NCBI GenBank assembly: GCA_040380245.1
Contig: JBEIJP010000001.1
Coordinates: 1-34,400, forward strand
DNA from: Acidobacteriota bacterium
Lineage (GTDB): Bacteria > Acidobacteriota > Blastocatellia > RBC074
Length of the DNA: 34,400 bases
Direction: 5' to 3'
Positions 8,320-16,809 of this stretch are shown in pieces (the stretch's first letter is position 1; each line of letters starts with the position of its first letter). A program made the translations under genes and the position numbers. The notes beneath the pieces were generated by a model. That model saw only the letters and a program-made list of their open reading frames with translations, searched no databases and had not been told where the DNA came from.

Positions 8320-8877
8320 ATGGAGCATATTCTACGTGAGGTCTTGCGGCAGCTGGCGGCGGGAGTGCTCCAGGTGGCGGAGACGCACCTGGTTCTGCGC
8401 CATCTGCTGACGTGCGGTGGCTGCCTGGCAGCGTACCGCGCACTGCTCGCAGGGGGGCGGCTTTCACTCCCTCCCACGGGGGAGTTCCTTCTCGGCGGTT
8501 GGGGGCGGGAGGATCACCTCGACTTCGAGACGCTGCGCGCCCAGGTCGATCTCTGGATCAAAGAAGGGCGAAGGGATCGAACGACCCCTCCAGTGTACGA
8601 GCCGTCGGGCGGCGCGGACGGGTGGGTAGTGGAGCATCTCGCCGGGTGTCGGCTTTGCCAATGGGCGGTGGCAGATCTGGTGACGTTCGTACTGGAGCAA
8701 CGGGAGACCATCGGCGACCAAGCCCCCAGGGGGCTCCCCGCTCAACTACGGGGGCGGGCGACCATGGCCATTCATCTGCGCATCGGGAACCGTGGATGGG
8801 CTCGGGGAAGCTACGGGTTGATTCTGCCACTGGTGGTCGGACTCCTCCTGCAGCTGGGAGCCGTAGGCCTGGCGTGA
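8320..8877 (+). CDS. putative zinc-finger (ZAS-type) anti-sigma factor, C-terminally tail-anchored
   Basis: ATG at 8320 with a GGAGGAGGGGGCGGAGG purine-rich stretch upstream. Two H-x3-C-x2-C motifs (RHLLTCGGC and EHLAGCRLC). Hydrophobic helix at the extreme C-terminus (LILPLVVGLLLQLGAVGLA). Directly downstream of the sigma gene. Confidence 0.65.
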   Translation: MEHILREVLRQLAAGVLQVAETHLVLRHLLTCGGCLAAYRALLAGGRLSLPPTGEFLLGGWGREDHLDFETLRAQVDLWIKEGRRDRTTPPVYEPSGGADGWVVEHLAGCRLCQWAVADLVTFVLEQRETIGDQAPRGLPAQLRGRATMAIHLRIGNRGWARGSYGLILPLVVGLLLQLGAVGLA

Positions 8878-8892
8878 ATTGGCCGTGGGCGA

Positions 8893-8922
8893 CAATCCAG
8901 TCCCTCAGCAGGGACTGGATTG
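8893..8922. terminator. hairpin between convergent genes (bidirectional terminator candidate, no U-tract)
   Basis: CAATCCAGTCCCT-CAGC-AGGGACTGGATTG, a perfect 13-bp stem. Confidence 0.5.
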
Positions 8923-8954
8923 CCTGACACCGCAAAGAAGAGATCAGTCTTCTC

Positions 8955-11900
8955 TCAGTAGACGATCGTCGGCAACTGGGCTTGACGAAGAGACTCGTTG
9001 AGCTTCTTCATCTGTTCCCGGAGAAACCGATCCACCTCGCTGACTTTCGCCGTCGCCTCAGGGAACAGCTCATTGGCGAACTCCTTCTGGGCGGAGGTGG
9101 GAGCCGCATGGACTCCCTGAATGGAAGAGAAGAGGGAACTGAGCTGATTGGCGATCCGGGATGTGCCGCGGTACCCCAGCCCCTCCGCGGGGGAGGTGGC
9201 CATCTGATTGATCAGGCGCTCGACTTCGGTCAACGTCTCTCGAAGGGACTGGCTCGACGCGGCGGGAGCGGAGGGCATCCGCTCCCGGATCGTGCGCTCG
9301 ATCTGTTGGATCTGCTCGCGGATGCCATCGAGGATCCGTAGTTGCCGATTGATCGACGAGAGGGATTCCTGCAGTCGATTCGAGAGATCGAACTGTTCGG
9401 CCAGGGCGGCGCTTGGGACGCTGACGGTCGGGTCGACGCGCACCTCGACCTTACTCTCCTCCCGGGTCTCCCCGACGATCAGGCGAACCGTATAGACGCC
9501 AGGGAGGGCGAGGGTTCCGCGCTGACTGATCCCCATCATCCGCATCTGCTCGAGCTGCTCGGCGGTCGGTGGGCGGCGAGGGGTCGCCGGTTCCAGTCCG
9601 AGGTCCCAGGTGGTTCGGTTGAGGCCTGCCTCGCGCGGAATCTGGCTCAATTCTCGCAAAAGGCGGCCGGACGCATCCAGAATCTGCAGTTTGACCGGCA
9701 CGTTCTTCTCAGGTTTCTGGCGCAAGTGGTAGGTGAGCAGCGCCCCCTCGGGCGGGTTGGGGCCGGCAAAGGGCTTGTCTCCCATCCCGTAGCGGGTGAA
9801 GCGGGTGGTGAAGCGCAGCGCGGGGCGCGGCTCAAAGAGGTGGGCCTCCCGCGCCAGGATCTCCGGACTGATCCGTTGAATCGGCGTGGCGTCATCGAAG
9901 ATCCAGAAGCTTCGACCGTGGGTCGCCAGAATCAGGTCGTTCTCTCGGGGATGGACAAGAATATCGTGGACGGCGACCCGGGGCAGATTCTTCATTCCCA
10001 GCTCGATCCACGTCTTCCCCCCATCGTAGGTCGCAAAGAGCCCCAGTTCCGTTCCGGCATAGAGCAGACTGGGGTTGCGCGGATCCTCCTTGAGGACGTG
10101 CACGTAGGCCTTGGCTGGCAGGTTGCCGCTGATCCGGGTGAAGCTCGCTCCTCCATCCGTCGTGCGGTAGACATAAGGCTGGAAGTCATCGAACATGTGC
10201 CGGTCGAAGGCGAGGTAGGCGGTTCCGGCCGAGGTCGTCGACGGTTCGATGTGGGAGACCGACGAGAAGGGGGGCAATCCGGCGATTCGCGACGTCAGGT
10301 TGACCCAATTCTTCCCCCCGTCCTTCGTCTGTTGGACGGCGCCGTCATCGGTGCCGACCCAGATGAGACCCGCTTGAACCGGGGACTCGCCGACACTGAT
10401 GATGGTGCAGTGGTACTCAGCGGTCGTATTCTCGGTCGCGATCGGTCCTCCGGCGTCCTTGAGCTTCTCCGGGTCGTTGGTGGTCAGATCCTCGCTGATC
10501 CGGGTCCACGTCTGTCCGAAGTCCGGCGACCGGAAGAGGACGTTTCCACCCAGATAGACCGTCGTCCGCTGGTGTGGGGAGAAGATGAGCGGTGCATTCC
10601 AGTGGAACCGGTACTTCTGGTTGGCGGCGGCCCCCCCGATTCCCGCGACCCACGGCTTGACCAGTTGCTGCTCCCGCGTCCGCATGTCGGTTCGCATCAG
10701 GTTTCCGCCCTGCGAGAGGGAGAGGTAGATCTCCGGGTCATCGGGGTGGTTGATCACTTTGAACCCATCGCCAAAACTGACCATCCGCCAATCGTCGTTG
10801 AGGATTCCATCTGGTTCGCGGGTCCGCCCCGGTCCTGTCCAACTCCCATTGTCCTGCATTCCTCCCATGACCCAGTAGAAGGGTTGGCGCATGTCCGCGT
10901 AGACGTGATACGGCTGTCCGATCGGCAGGGTGTTGACACTCTCCCACGAGCCTCCACGGTCATAGGAGACCGCGACCCCGCCATCATTCCCAACCCAGAT
11001 CCGTTCCGGATGGAGCGGATCGATCCACATGGTGTGGTAGTCGATGTGAACGGTCGGTGCGATCGTCCGATGAGTTCGTCCCCCATCGATGGAGACAAAG
11101 AGGGGAGAAGAGATGGCGTAGACGCGATTCTCGTTCTGGGGATCGACCCGCAGATCGGTGTAATAGAACCCGCGGGAGACCAGGTTGGCTTGCCGGGAGA
11201 CCGTCTGGAAGCTCTCCCCCTTGTCCTCGGAACGAAAGAGAATTCCCTCTTTCGTTTCGGCGATGACGTAGACGATCTCCGGGTTGGATGGCGCGACCTT
11301 GACGCCGATCCGGCCCATCAGCGACGGAAGCCCTTTCGTCAATCGCTTCCACGTCTGCCCCCCGTCGATCGATTTGAAGACGCCCCCCTTCTCGCTCCCG
11401 CTGGTGAAGGTCCAGGGCTTGCGTTCGAAGTGCCACATCGCGGCATAGACGATGTTCGGATTGACGGGATCGATGTCCATGTCGGCGACGCCGTGCGACG
11501 GGTCGAGATAGAGTGTCTTGCGCCACGTCTTCCCCCCATCGGTCGTCATAAAGACTCCCCGCTCCTCATTGGGTCCGAAGGCGTGTCCCAGCGCTCCCAC
11601 GAAGACGATATCGGAATTCTGCGGATGGATCAGAATCCGCGTGATGTACATCGTGTCCCGCAGCCCGAGATGCTGCCACGTCTTTCCCCCATCGGTCGAT
11701 TTATAGACGCCGTCGCCAAAGGAGACACTGTTTCGCGGGTTTCCTTCACCGGTTCCCGCCCAGATCACTTCCGGATTTTTGGGGTCGATGGCGATGTCCC
11801 CCAGTGAAAGGGTCCCTTGCCGCTCGAAGATCGGCTGCCAACTGATTCCGCCGTTGATCGTCTTCCATAACCCGCCCGAAGCGGAGGCGACGTAGACGAT

Positions 11901-12077
11901 CTTTGGATTGCCTGGAATCCCCTCGACATCGGCGACTCGACCCGCAAAGATCGCGGGCCCGATGCTCCGCCAGGCGAGCGGATCGAACGTCTTGGCCTCC
12001 TGTCCCAAGGTCGATGTGGAAGGTGCAAGCAGGCACAACAGAACGGTGATCAGACGGGAAGTGCGACGAGCGGACAC
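8955..12077 (-). CDS. secreted sortilin/VPS10-like BNR (Asp-box) repeat beta-propeller protein, 1040 aa
   Basis: About ten SxDxGxTW-type Asp-boxes (STDGGKTW, TTDGGKTW, SIDGGQTW, SYDRGGSW, SPDFGQTW, TKDGGKNW, TYDGGKTW and others). I prefer the GTG at 12077 (GAGGAGG 6 nt upstream), which gives a signal-peptide-like N-terminus (SARRTSRLITVLLCLLAPSTSTLG). Helical C-terminal tail. Confidence 0.9.
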   Translation of the reverse strand: MSARRTSRLITVLLCLLAPSTSTLGQEAKTFDPLAWRSIGPAIFAGRVADVEGIPGNPKIVYVASASGGLWKTINGGISWQPIFERQGTLSLGDIAIDPKNPEVIWAGTGEGNPRNSVSFGDGVYKSTDGGKTWQHLGLRDTMYITRILIHPQNSDIVFVGALGHAFGPNEERGVFMTTDGGKTWRKTLYLDPSHGVADMDIDPVNPNIVYAAMWHFERKPWTFTSGSEKGGVFKSIDGGQTWKRLTKGLPSLMGRIGVKVAPSNPEIVYVIAETKEGILFRSEDKGESFQTVSRQANLVSRGFYYTDLRVDPQNENRVYAISSPLFVSIDGGRTHRTIAPTVHIDYHTMWIDPLHPERIWVGNDGGVAVSYDRGGSWESVNTLPIGQPYHVYADMRQPFYWVMGGMQDNGSWTGPGRTREPDGILNDDWRMVSFGDGFKVINHPDDPEIYLSLSQGGNLMRTDMRTREQQLVKPWVAGIGGAAANQKYRFHWNAPLIFSPHQRTTVYLGGNVLFRSPDFGQTWTRISEDLTTNDPEKLKDAGGPIATENTTAEYHCTIISVGESPVQAGLIWVGTDDGAVQQTKDGGKNWVNLTSRIAGLPPFSSVSHIEPSTTSAGTAYLAFDRHMFDDFQPYVYRTTDGGASFTRISGNLPAKAYVHVLKEDPRNPSLLYAGTELGLFATYDGGKTWIELGMKNLPRVAVHDILVHPRENDLILATHGRSFWIFDDATPIQRISPEILAREAHLFEPRPALRFTTRFTRYGMGDKPFAGPNPPEGALLTYHLRQKPEKNVPVKLQILDASGRLLRELSQIPREAGLNRTTWDLGLEPATPRRPPTAEQLEQMRMMGISQRGTLALPGVYTVRLIVGETREESKVEVRVDPTVSVPSAALAEQFDLSNRLQESLSSINRQLRILDGIREQIQQIERTIRERMPSAPAASSQSLRETLTEVERLINQMATSPAEGLGYRGTSRIANQLSSLFSSIQGVHAAPTSAQKEFANELFPEATAKVSEVDRFLREQMKKLNESLRQAQLPTIVY

Positions 12078-12291
12078 AGGTAACCTCCTCAGCGGAACGT
12101 GCCGATGGGGCACATTCGTCCAAGCCTCTAAGCCATATATCCATTGAGCCAATGGGCCCATGGAGTTCGTGGGGGGATTCTTCAGCTCTCCAGGAGGGCC
12201 GAAGAACCAAAAGACTCTACTCCGTTCCTACGTCAAAGGCAAAGTGGCCAAGCCTGGAAGGATGATAACCGTTTCCGTGACAGGGGGGGGA

Positions 12292-13419
12292 TCAGTTCGA
12301 GGGCGCGTAGTACCCACGGCGGTGGCGGAGGCGGATCTCTTTCTGCGTGGGAACTCTCACCTCGATACGGCGGAAGGCTCCATTGGCGGCCTCGTTGGAT
12401 GGCTCATATGCGAGGAGGTACTGCTGACGGAGGTCCTCCTCCAACTGGAGGAACGCGCGGCTCAATTCGCTCGCCCGCTTCGGGAAGACCGCTCTTCCCC
12501 CGGTGGCGTCGCTGATTCGCCGAAGGGCCTTCTCATCGACTCCAAATCCTGGATCACCAATTCCAATCGAGTAGATGATGACTTCGGCGCGGAGCGCTTC
12601 GTTGATCGCCTCCGCGATCTTCAGTCGACTCGTCGTGTCTTGCCCATCGGTCAGGAGAACGATGGTTTTCCGGCCGGGCTCCCCCGCCAGCAGATCACTG
12701 CACGTTGCCACAATCGAGTCCCAGAGCGAAGTCCCCCCCTGCCGCGATCGCCCATTGATGGGGGGAGTCGGCCCTCCAAAGACGCCGACCGGAGGGGGTG
12801 CGGTGAAGGCCAGCTCATCGATCGCCCGGCGCACACGGGCTGGATTCGAGGTCAATCCTTGCATCACCGTCGCTTCGCCCTCGAACTTGACGACCGCCGC
12901 CGTATCCTGGCCTCGTCGCAGGACTGAATCGACAAACTGTCCACCCGCATCCTTCAGCAGCGGCAGGGTGTTTCGCTCGCTGGCGCTGACATCCACCAGC
13001 AGGGCCATGGTCAGCGGAAGATCGAACTCCCGCTTGAAGGTGAAGATCTCCTGCCGAACACCATCCTCGTAGACCTCGAGCTGGGGGGACTGCAGGTCGT
13101 TGATGTATCGATTTTGCAAGTCCTGCGCACTGAAGAGGACGTTGACCAGTCGTGTTCCGAGCCGAATCGTTGGTTCTTGCCCGGGATCGACCGGGGGGGC
13201 GGCGGGGGGCTCCGGCTTTGGTTTGGGTGGGCCCTGCTCCTGGGGGCCCGCCGGGGCCCCCGCCGCCAACCCACCCCACGACGCCTCGCCTTCCCAGAGG
13301 AGAATGGCGGAAAGAAGCAGTCCCACCGCGCGGATGAAGAACCATTCTACCTGTCTTCTTCTCTGACCGCCGGTTCTCTGACCACCGGCAGGTGTGGGCC
13401 GGACGCCGACTTGCCTCAT
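12292..13419 (-). CDS. membrane-anchored VWA (MIDAS) protein, VWFA-related acidobacterial domain type
   Basis: N-terminal TM, Pro/Lys linker (PPKPKPEPP), and MIDAS residues DVSAS ... GTSLWDS ... TDGQDT. AAGGAG lies 5 nt before the ATG. Paralogous to the upstream gene. Confidence 0.88.
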   Translation of the reverse strand: MRQVGVRPTPAGGQRTGGQRRRQVEWFFIRAVGLLLSAILLWEGEASWGGLAAGAPAGPQEQGPPKPKPEPPAAPPVDPGQEPTIRLGTRLVNVLFSAQDLQNRYINDLQSPQLEVYEDGVRQEIFTFKREFDLPLTMALLVDVSASERNTLPLLKDAGGQFVDSVLRRGQDTAAVVKFEGEATVMQGLTSNPARVRRAIDELAFTAPPPVGVFGGPTPPINGRSRQGGTSLWDSIVATCSDLLAGEPGRKTIVLLTDGQDTTSRLKIAEAINEALRAEVIIYSIGIGDPGFGVDEKALRRISDATGGRAVFPKRASELSRAFLQLEEDLRQQYLLAYEPSNEAANGAFRRIEVRVPTQKEIRLRHRRGYYAPSN

Positions 13420-13439
13420 TCCATCTCCTTGCGCCTGAT

Positions 13440-14525
13440 CTACGAACGGCTGCCGATCGATCGCGGCGGGATGGCCGCATATCCCCGCTTGGCCCGGATC
13501 CGCAGATTTTTATGGTTGGGAAGCTGTACCTCGATCTCACGGAACTTTCCGTCAAACTTCTCGTTGCTCGGCGAGTAGGAGACAATATACTGGCTTCGCA
13601 ATTCGATGGCGATACGCGTGAAGCTCCGCTCCAGCTCGATCACTTCGGCGGTGAAGAAGACTCGACCACCCGTATCCTCGGCCAATCGCTTGAGGTTTTT
13701 GTCCTCCCGCCGGGCAACGGTTCCCCCCTGCACGCCGAAGAAGCCTCCCGCCTTGGTGCTGATCACATAGACCACCGTCTCGGATCGTTGGGCAAGATCG
13801 ATGGCGTCATCCAACTGCTTGTCACTGATCGTGTCGTCGCCGTCGCTGATGATGACCATAGCCCGCCGTCTGCCCGTGGAGGCAAACATCTTCTCCTCAC
13901 AGACCTGGTAGATTGCGTCGTAGAGGCGTGTTTCCCCGGCGGCCTTGACCCGATCGATGGCGCGAGTCAGCAGGTCCAGCCGGTTGGTGAAATCCTGGTG
14001 CAGCTCGATCTCGGAGTCGAATGTCGCAAAGAGAGCCCGATCTCGTCGCGATGTCAGCATCGTCTGCAGGAAGGAGACGGCCGCGTCCTTTTCGAACTTC
14101 AGCTTGGGCTTGACGCTGTTCGACGTGTCCATCAGAACGGCGACATCCAGCGGCAGCTCCGTCTGGGGAAGGAACGACTCGATTCGCTGGGGTTCCTTGT
14201 CCTCGAGGATCAGGAAGTCCTCCTGTTTGAGATCAACGATGAAGCGCCCACTGCGGTTGTCGCTGACGGTAATCGGAAGGCGCACGTTGACCGTCACCGT
14301 CGATATCTGGCCAGGCGCCGCTTCATCCGGTGGCTTCCCTGGCTTTGGTTTCGGGTCCTGGGCCTGGATGGCCGGCGACTCCGCCGTGGCCCGACCCGAC
14401 GCTCTCTCCTCCCCAGCCGCCCAGAGGGCGCCGGTGCCTCCCCCCGTGAAAAGTCCAACAACCAGGCCCACCAGGACCAGCCTTCTGCCGTGTCGATTCC
14501 GCGGTCTTTGCTGACTTCCGCTCAT
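13440..14525 (-). CDS. membrane-anchored VWA (MIDAS) protein, VWFA-related acidobacterial domain type (paralog)
   Basis: N-terminal TM, linker DPKPKPGKPP, and MIDAS residues DTSNS ... ETRLYDA ... SDGDDT. The C-terminal half is collinear with its neighbour (…GGRVFF / …GGRAVF, YxVSYxPSN / YLLAYEPSN). Confidence 0.88.
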   Translation of the reverse strand: MSGSQQRPRNRHGRRLVLVGLVVGLFTGGGTGALWAAGEERASGRATAESPAIQAQDPKPKPGKPPDEAAPGQISTVTVNVRLPITVSDNRSGRFIVDLKQEDFLILEDKEPQRIESFLPQTELPLDVAVLMDTSNSVKPKLKFEKDAAVSFLQTMLTSRRDRALFATFDSEIELHQDFTNRLDLLTRAIDRVKAAGETRLYDAIYQVCEEKMFASTGRRRAMVIISDGDDTISDKQLDDAIDLAQRSETVVYVISTKAGGFFGVQGGTVARREDKNLKRLAEDTGGRVFFTAEVIELERSFTRIAIELRSQYIVSYSPSNEKFDGKFREIEVQLPNHKNLRIRAKRGYAAIPPRSIGSRS

Positions 14526-14542
14526 GCTCGTTGCCGTCCTCT

Positions 14543-14566
14543 CTCCGTTCTTGTCTCCGTTCTTGT
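14543..14566. repeat. perfect tandem 12-mer x2 in the 5' region of the VWFA gene
   Basis: CTCCGTTCTTGT CTCCGTTCTTGT on the plus strand, which reads ACAAGAACGGAG x2 on the coding strand. Located 18-41 nt upstream of the ATG at 14525. Confidence 0.9.
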
Positions 14567-14861
14567 CGCGGTTGCGCCCCCAAGTTTCGTTCGAGGGCGG
14601 TCAACACCCCCGACGGGCCTGTCGCGCGATGCTTTCTTCTCTTTCGAGTTCCATCCGTTTACATCCGAATTCGATTCATCACAAATGCCAGGGAACGATC
14701 GTGCTCCCATTGGAGCGCCGCCAAACACGCCCCAGCCACCTCGACCCCGGCTTACCAACTCGCGGTGAGGGGGGCGGTCTCCACATCCGGACGCTCTCTG
14801 GCGCCCTATCCGTTCAGATCCCGATCCTGTGTCGGCCCGCTTTCGCCGAGGGGGCCGTTGG

Positions 14862-15380
14862 TTACGGCGCCGGCGCGGGGGCCCCTGTCGACGCTGGCCC
14901 GCCGCTCGCCCCACTGCTTCCCTGGAAAGATCCAATTGGTGCCCCCTCTCCCCGAGGCAACGCGTTGGGAGTCTTCGACTCGACAAAACGGATCGTTCCG
15001 TCCTCGATGACATTGAAGTCCTTGTAGGCGGTGTTGACGCTGGAACGGGTCGCCTGGACACAGTACTGATCAGGTGTCGCTTCCGTTGTGCTGTAGACAT
15101 AGCCGCTGACGGGATTCCCGCTGGAGTAGTTCGAGTCGATCAGCGACGCCTCGTTGAGCTCTTTAAGGGTCGCGAATCGGCCCTTCATCGTATTGTGAAG
15201 CGATTGCGTCTGGTGGATGGTGCGGAGAGAGTTGATCGTGGCAGTCTCACGGCCGATCTTCAAATTCTCCAGCAGTTTGGGGACGGCAACCGCGGCGAGA
15301 ATGCCAATGATGGCGACGACAATCAACAGCTCTGTCAGAGAGAATCCATTCTCCCGTTGACGGCGATGGTTCTGTTTCAT
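14862..15380 (-). CDS. prepilin-type N-terminal cleavage/methylation domain protein (type IV pilin / pseudopilin-like)
   Basis: MKQNHRRQRENG|FSLTELLIVVAIIGILAAVAVP: a short basic leader, the G/F cleavage context, Glu at +5 and a hydrophobic helix. I chose the ATG at 15380 (AAGGAG upstream); alternative starts are 15407 and 15422. Gly/Ser/Pro-rich C-terminal tail. Confidence 0.85.
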   Translation of the reverse strand: MKQNHRRQRENGFSLTELLIVVAIIGILAAVAVPKLLENLKIGRETATINSLRTIHQTQSLHNTMKGRFATLKELNEASLIDSNYSSGNPVSGYVYSTTEATPDQYCVQATRSSVNTAYKDFNVIEDGTIRFVESKTPNALPRGEGAPIGSFQGSSGASGGPASTGAPAPAP

Positions 15381-15718
15381 AGGTCTGATCAACTCCTTTT
15401 TCCTCATATGACTGGATATCACTGGCGGAAAGCATTCTCATCGACTGGCCATTTCGTTGCACCGACCATCTCTTGTCGTGGCCATCGACCGTTCCTCGAT
15501 TCGTCCAAATCCGGATCGCTTCTACGCCTTCCGTCCGTTCTGCCTGAGACCGGCAGGTCCATCCTTTCGCGCGTCAGGTATGATCCGCGGGATCCCATTG
15601 ACGCAGCAGGGGGTGGAAGACAATGGAGAAGAGAAGCAAGGTGGCGCGACAGATCGTCCTCTGTCACCCGCCTCATACTACACCATGGTTCCAGTTGCGG
15701 GAAGCATCCCCTTGCCGA

Positions 15719-16426
15719 CTACTGACGGCCGAGTCGCGCATAGTTCCAGAGGCCAGCTGCCCAGAAGCAGAGCGAGAGGGCCCCCCAGCCAATAGTCCAT
15801 ACAGAAGCTGGCAGCAGGGTCATCGTCTCGAGCAGCTTGGCGTCGCTGTGAAGGTTGGTTGTCTGTGAGATCCAGAGGAGGGTTCGCAGGTCGAAGAAGG
15901 CATTGAGACAGCACTGCACGGCCAGGAGGTTGAGCAGAAAATGGGCCCAACGCTCACTGACCCCAATCGCCAGCCAGATCAGACCTGCCGAGAGCCCAAT
16001 CCCCAGGATCCAACCGAAGAGATTGCTGGTCAGGAAGAAGGTGATTGCAAGGATGACGCCAGCATTCCAGGTCAACACTTGTCGTGTCCGGTGTCCATTC
16101 CGGCTGAGCGCCAGGAGGCCGGCTCCGTAGGCGGCACTCGCCAGATACCCGGCGCTGGCGATCAGAAATGGCAGACCGCCGCGCGTCAATGTCTCCCCGC
16201 TCCCGTCGGCGTGAATGACCATCTCGTCGACCGATCCCTGGGTCAGAAGGGCGGCGGCCGCATGTCCTGCCTCGTGGATGAACGTCACAAACATCCGGCA
16301 TGGATAGAGCGCGATCCATCCATACGGAACATACCAGATGGCAATCGACACGAGGGATGCGACCACCAGAAAGGCGGGGGAGGTGAGATCCTGTCTGCGC
16401 GTTTCTGCTTCCATCCAGGTCAGCAT
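15719..16426 (-). CDS. M50B-like integral-membrane zinc metallopeptidase
   Basis: HEAGHAAAA (HExxH) within a TM helix, followed by DGSGET and about 6 TM segments. This is the typical Peptidase_M50B layout. Confidence 0.78.
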   Translation of the reverse strand: MLTWMEAETRRQDLTSPAFLVVASLVSIAIWYVPYGWIALYPCRMFVTFIHEAGHAAAALLTQGSVDEMVIHADGSGETLTRGGLPFLIASAGYLASAAYGAGLLALSRNGHRTRQVLTWNAGVILAITFFLTSNLFGWILGIGLSAGLIWLAIGVSERWAHFLLNLLAVQCCLNAFFDLRTLLWISQTTNLHSDAKLLETMTLLPASVWTIGWGALSLCFWAAGLWNYARLGRQ

Positions 16427-16809
16427 ACTCCGCCCTCTTCCGACGGGGAAGCCCCTTCTCGATTGCGGCGGCGATTTTTGTGGAAAAAGGGGCTGCGCGG
16501 GGGCTCGGGTTGGAGTAGTATGTGATAGTTCGTTTCAGCCGACCCCCATGAGACGTTTTCCTTATGCGTTCTCGCGAACGCGAGGGAGACTACCCGCGCG
16601 ATCACGACCCGAGCCGATTTCAGGGTGAGAATCCGGCAGGTTGCACCCGGCCCGTTCACGTCAGGGCAGATTGTCGCTCACGGCGACTGGCAGAGAGAAG
16701 ACGGGGAGGGACAAGATCCTGGACGATTGGTCGTTCAACAGGCGGGAGACAGATCCAGAATACCCCCAACACCCTGGTCAGAGCCGTTGCAGAGAGGGAG
16801 GGAGTAGAG

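Noticed and set aside
9342-11807. Very long antisense ORFs: 821 aa opposite the BNR gene, and also 13392-14768, 21067-22428, 32016-33569, 16882-18171, 28939-29976 and 3441-4184.
   Set aside because: Every one is in the codon-aligned antisense frame of a confidently assigned gene; the start offsets to the sense gene's codon frame are multiples of 3. In that frame, stops arise only opposite the sense codons TTA, CTA and TCA, which GC-rich codon usage avoids. The translations are Arg/Gly/Pro-rich, low in complexity and carry no recognisable motifs. These are shadow ORFs, not overlapping genes.
14674-14692. Sigma-54-like promoter upstream of the VWFA gene (minus strand TGGCAT-N5-ATGA), and a similar weak match upstream of the pilin.
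   Set aside because: The -12 element lacks the conserved GC (TTGC), so this is a half-site match only.
14522-15100. 192-aa and other Arg-rich ORFs in alternative frames of confident genes (for example 4456-5187, 12815-13585, 24407-24964, 25031-25531).
   Set aside because: These are out-of-frame overlaps with motif-supported genes. Their Arg/Pro/Gly-dominated composition is typical of off-frame translation of GC-rich DNA.
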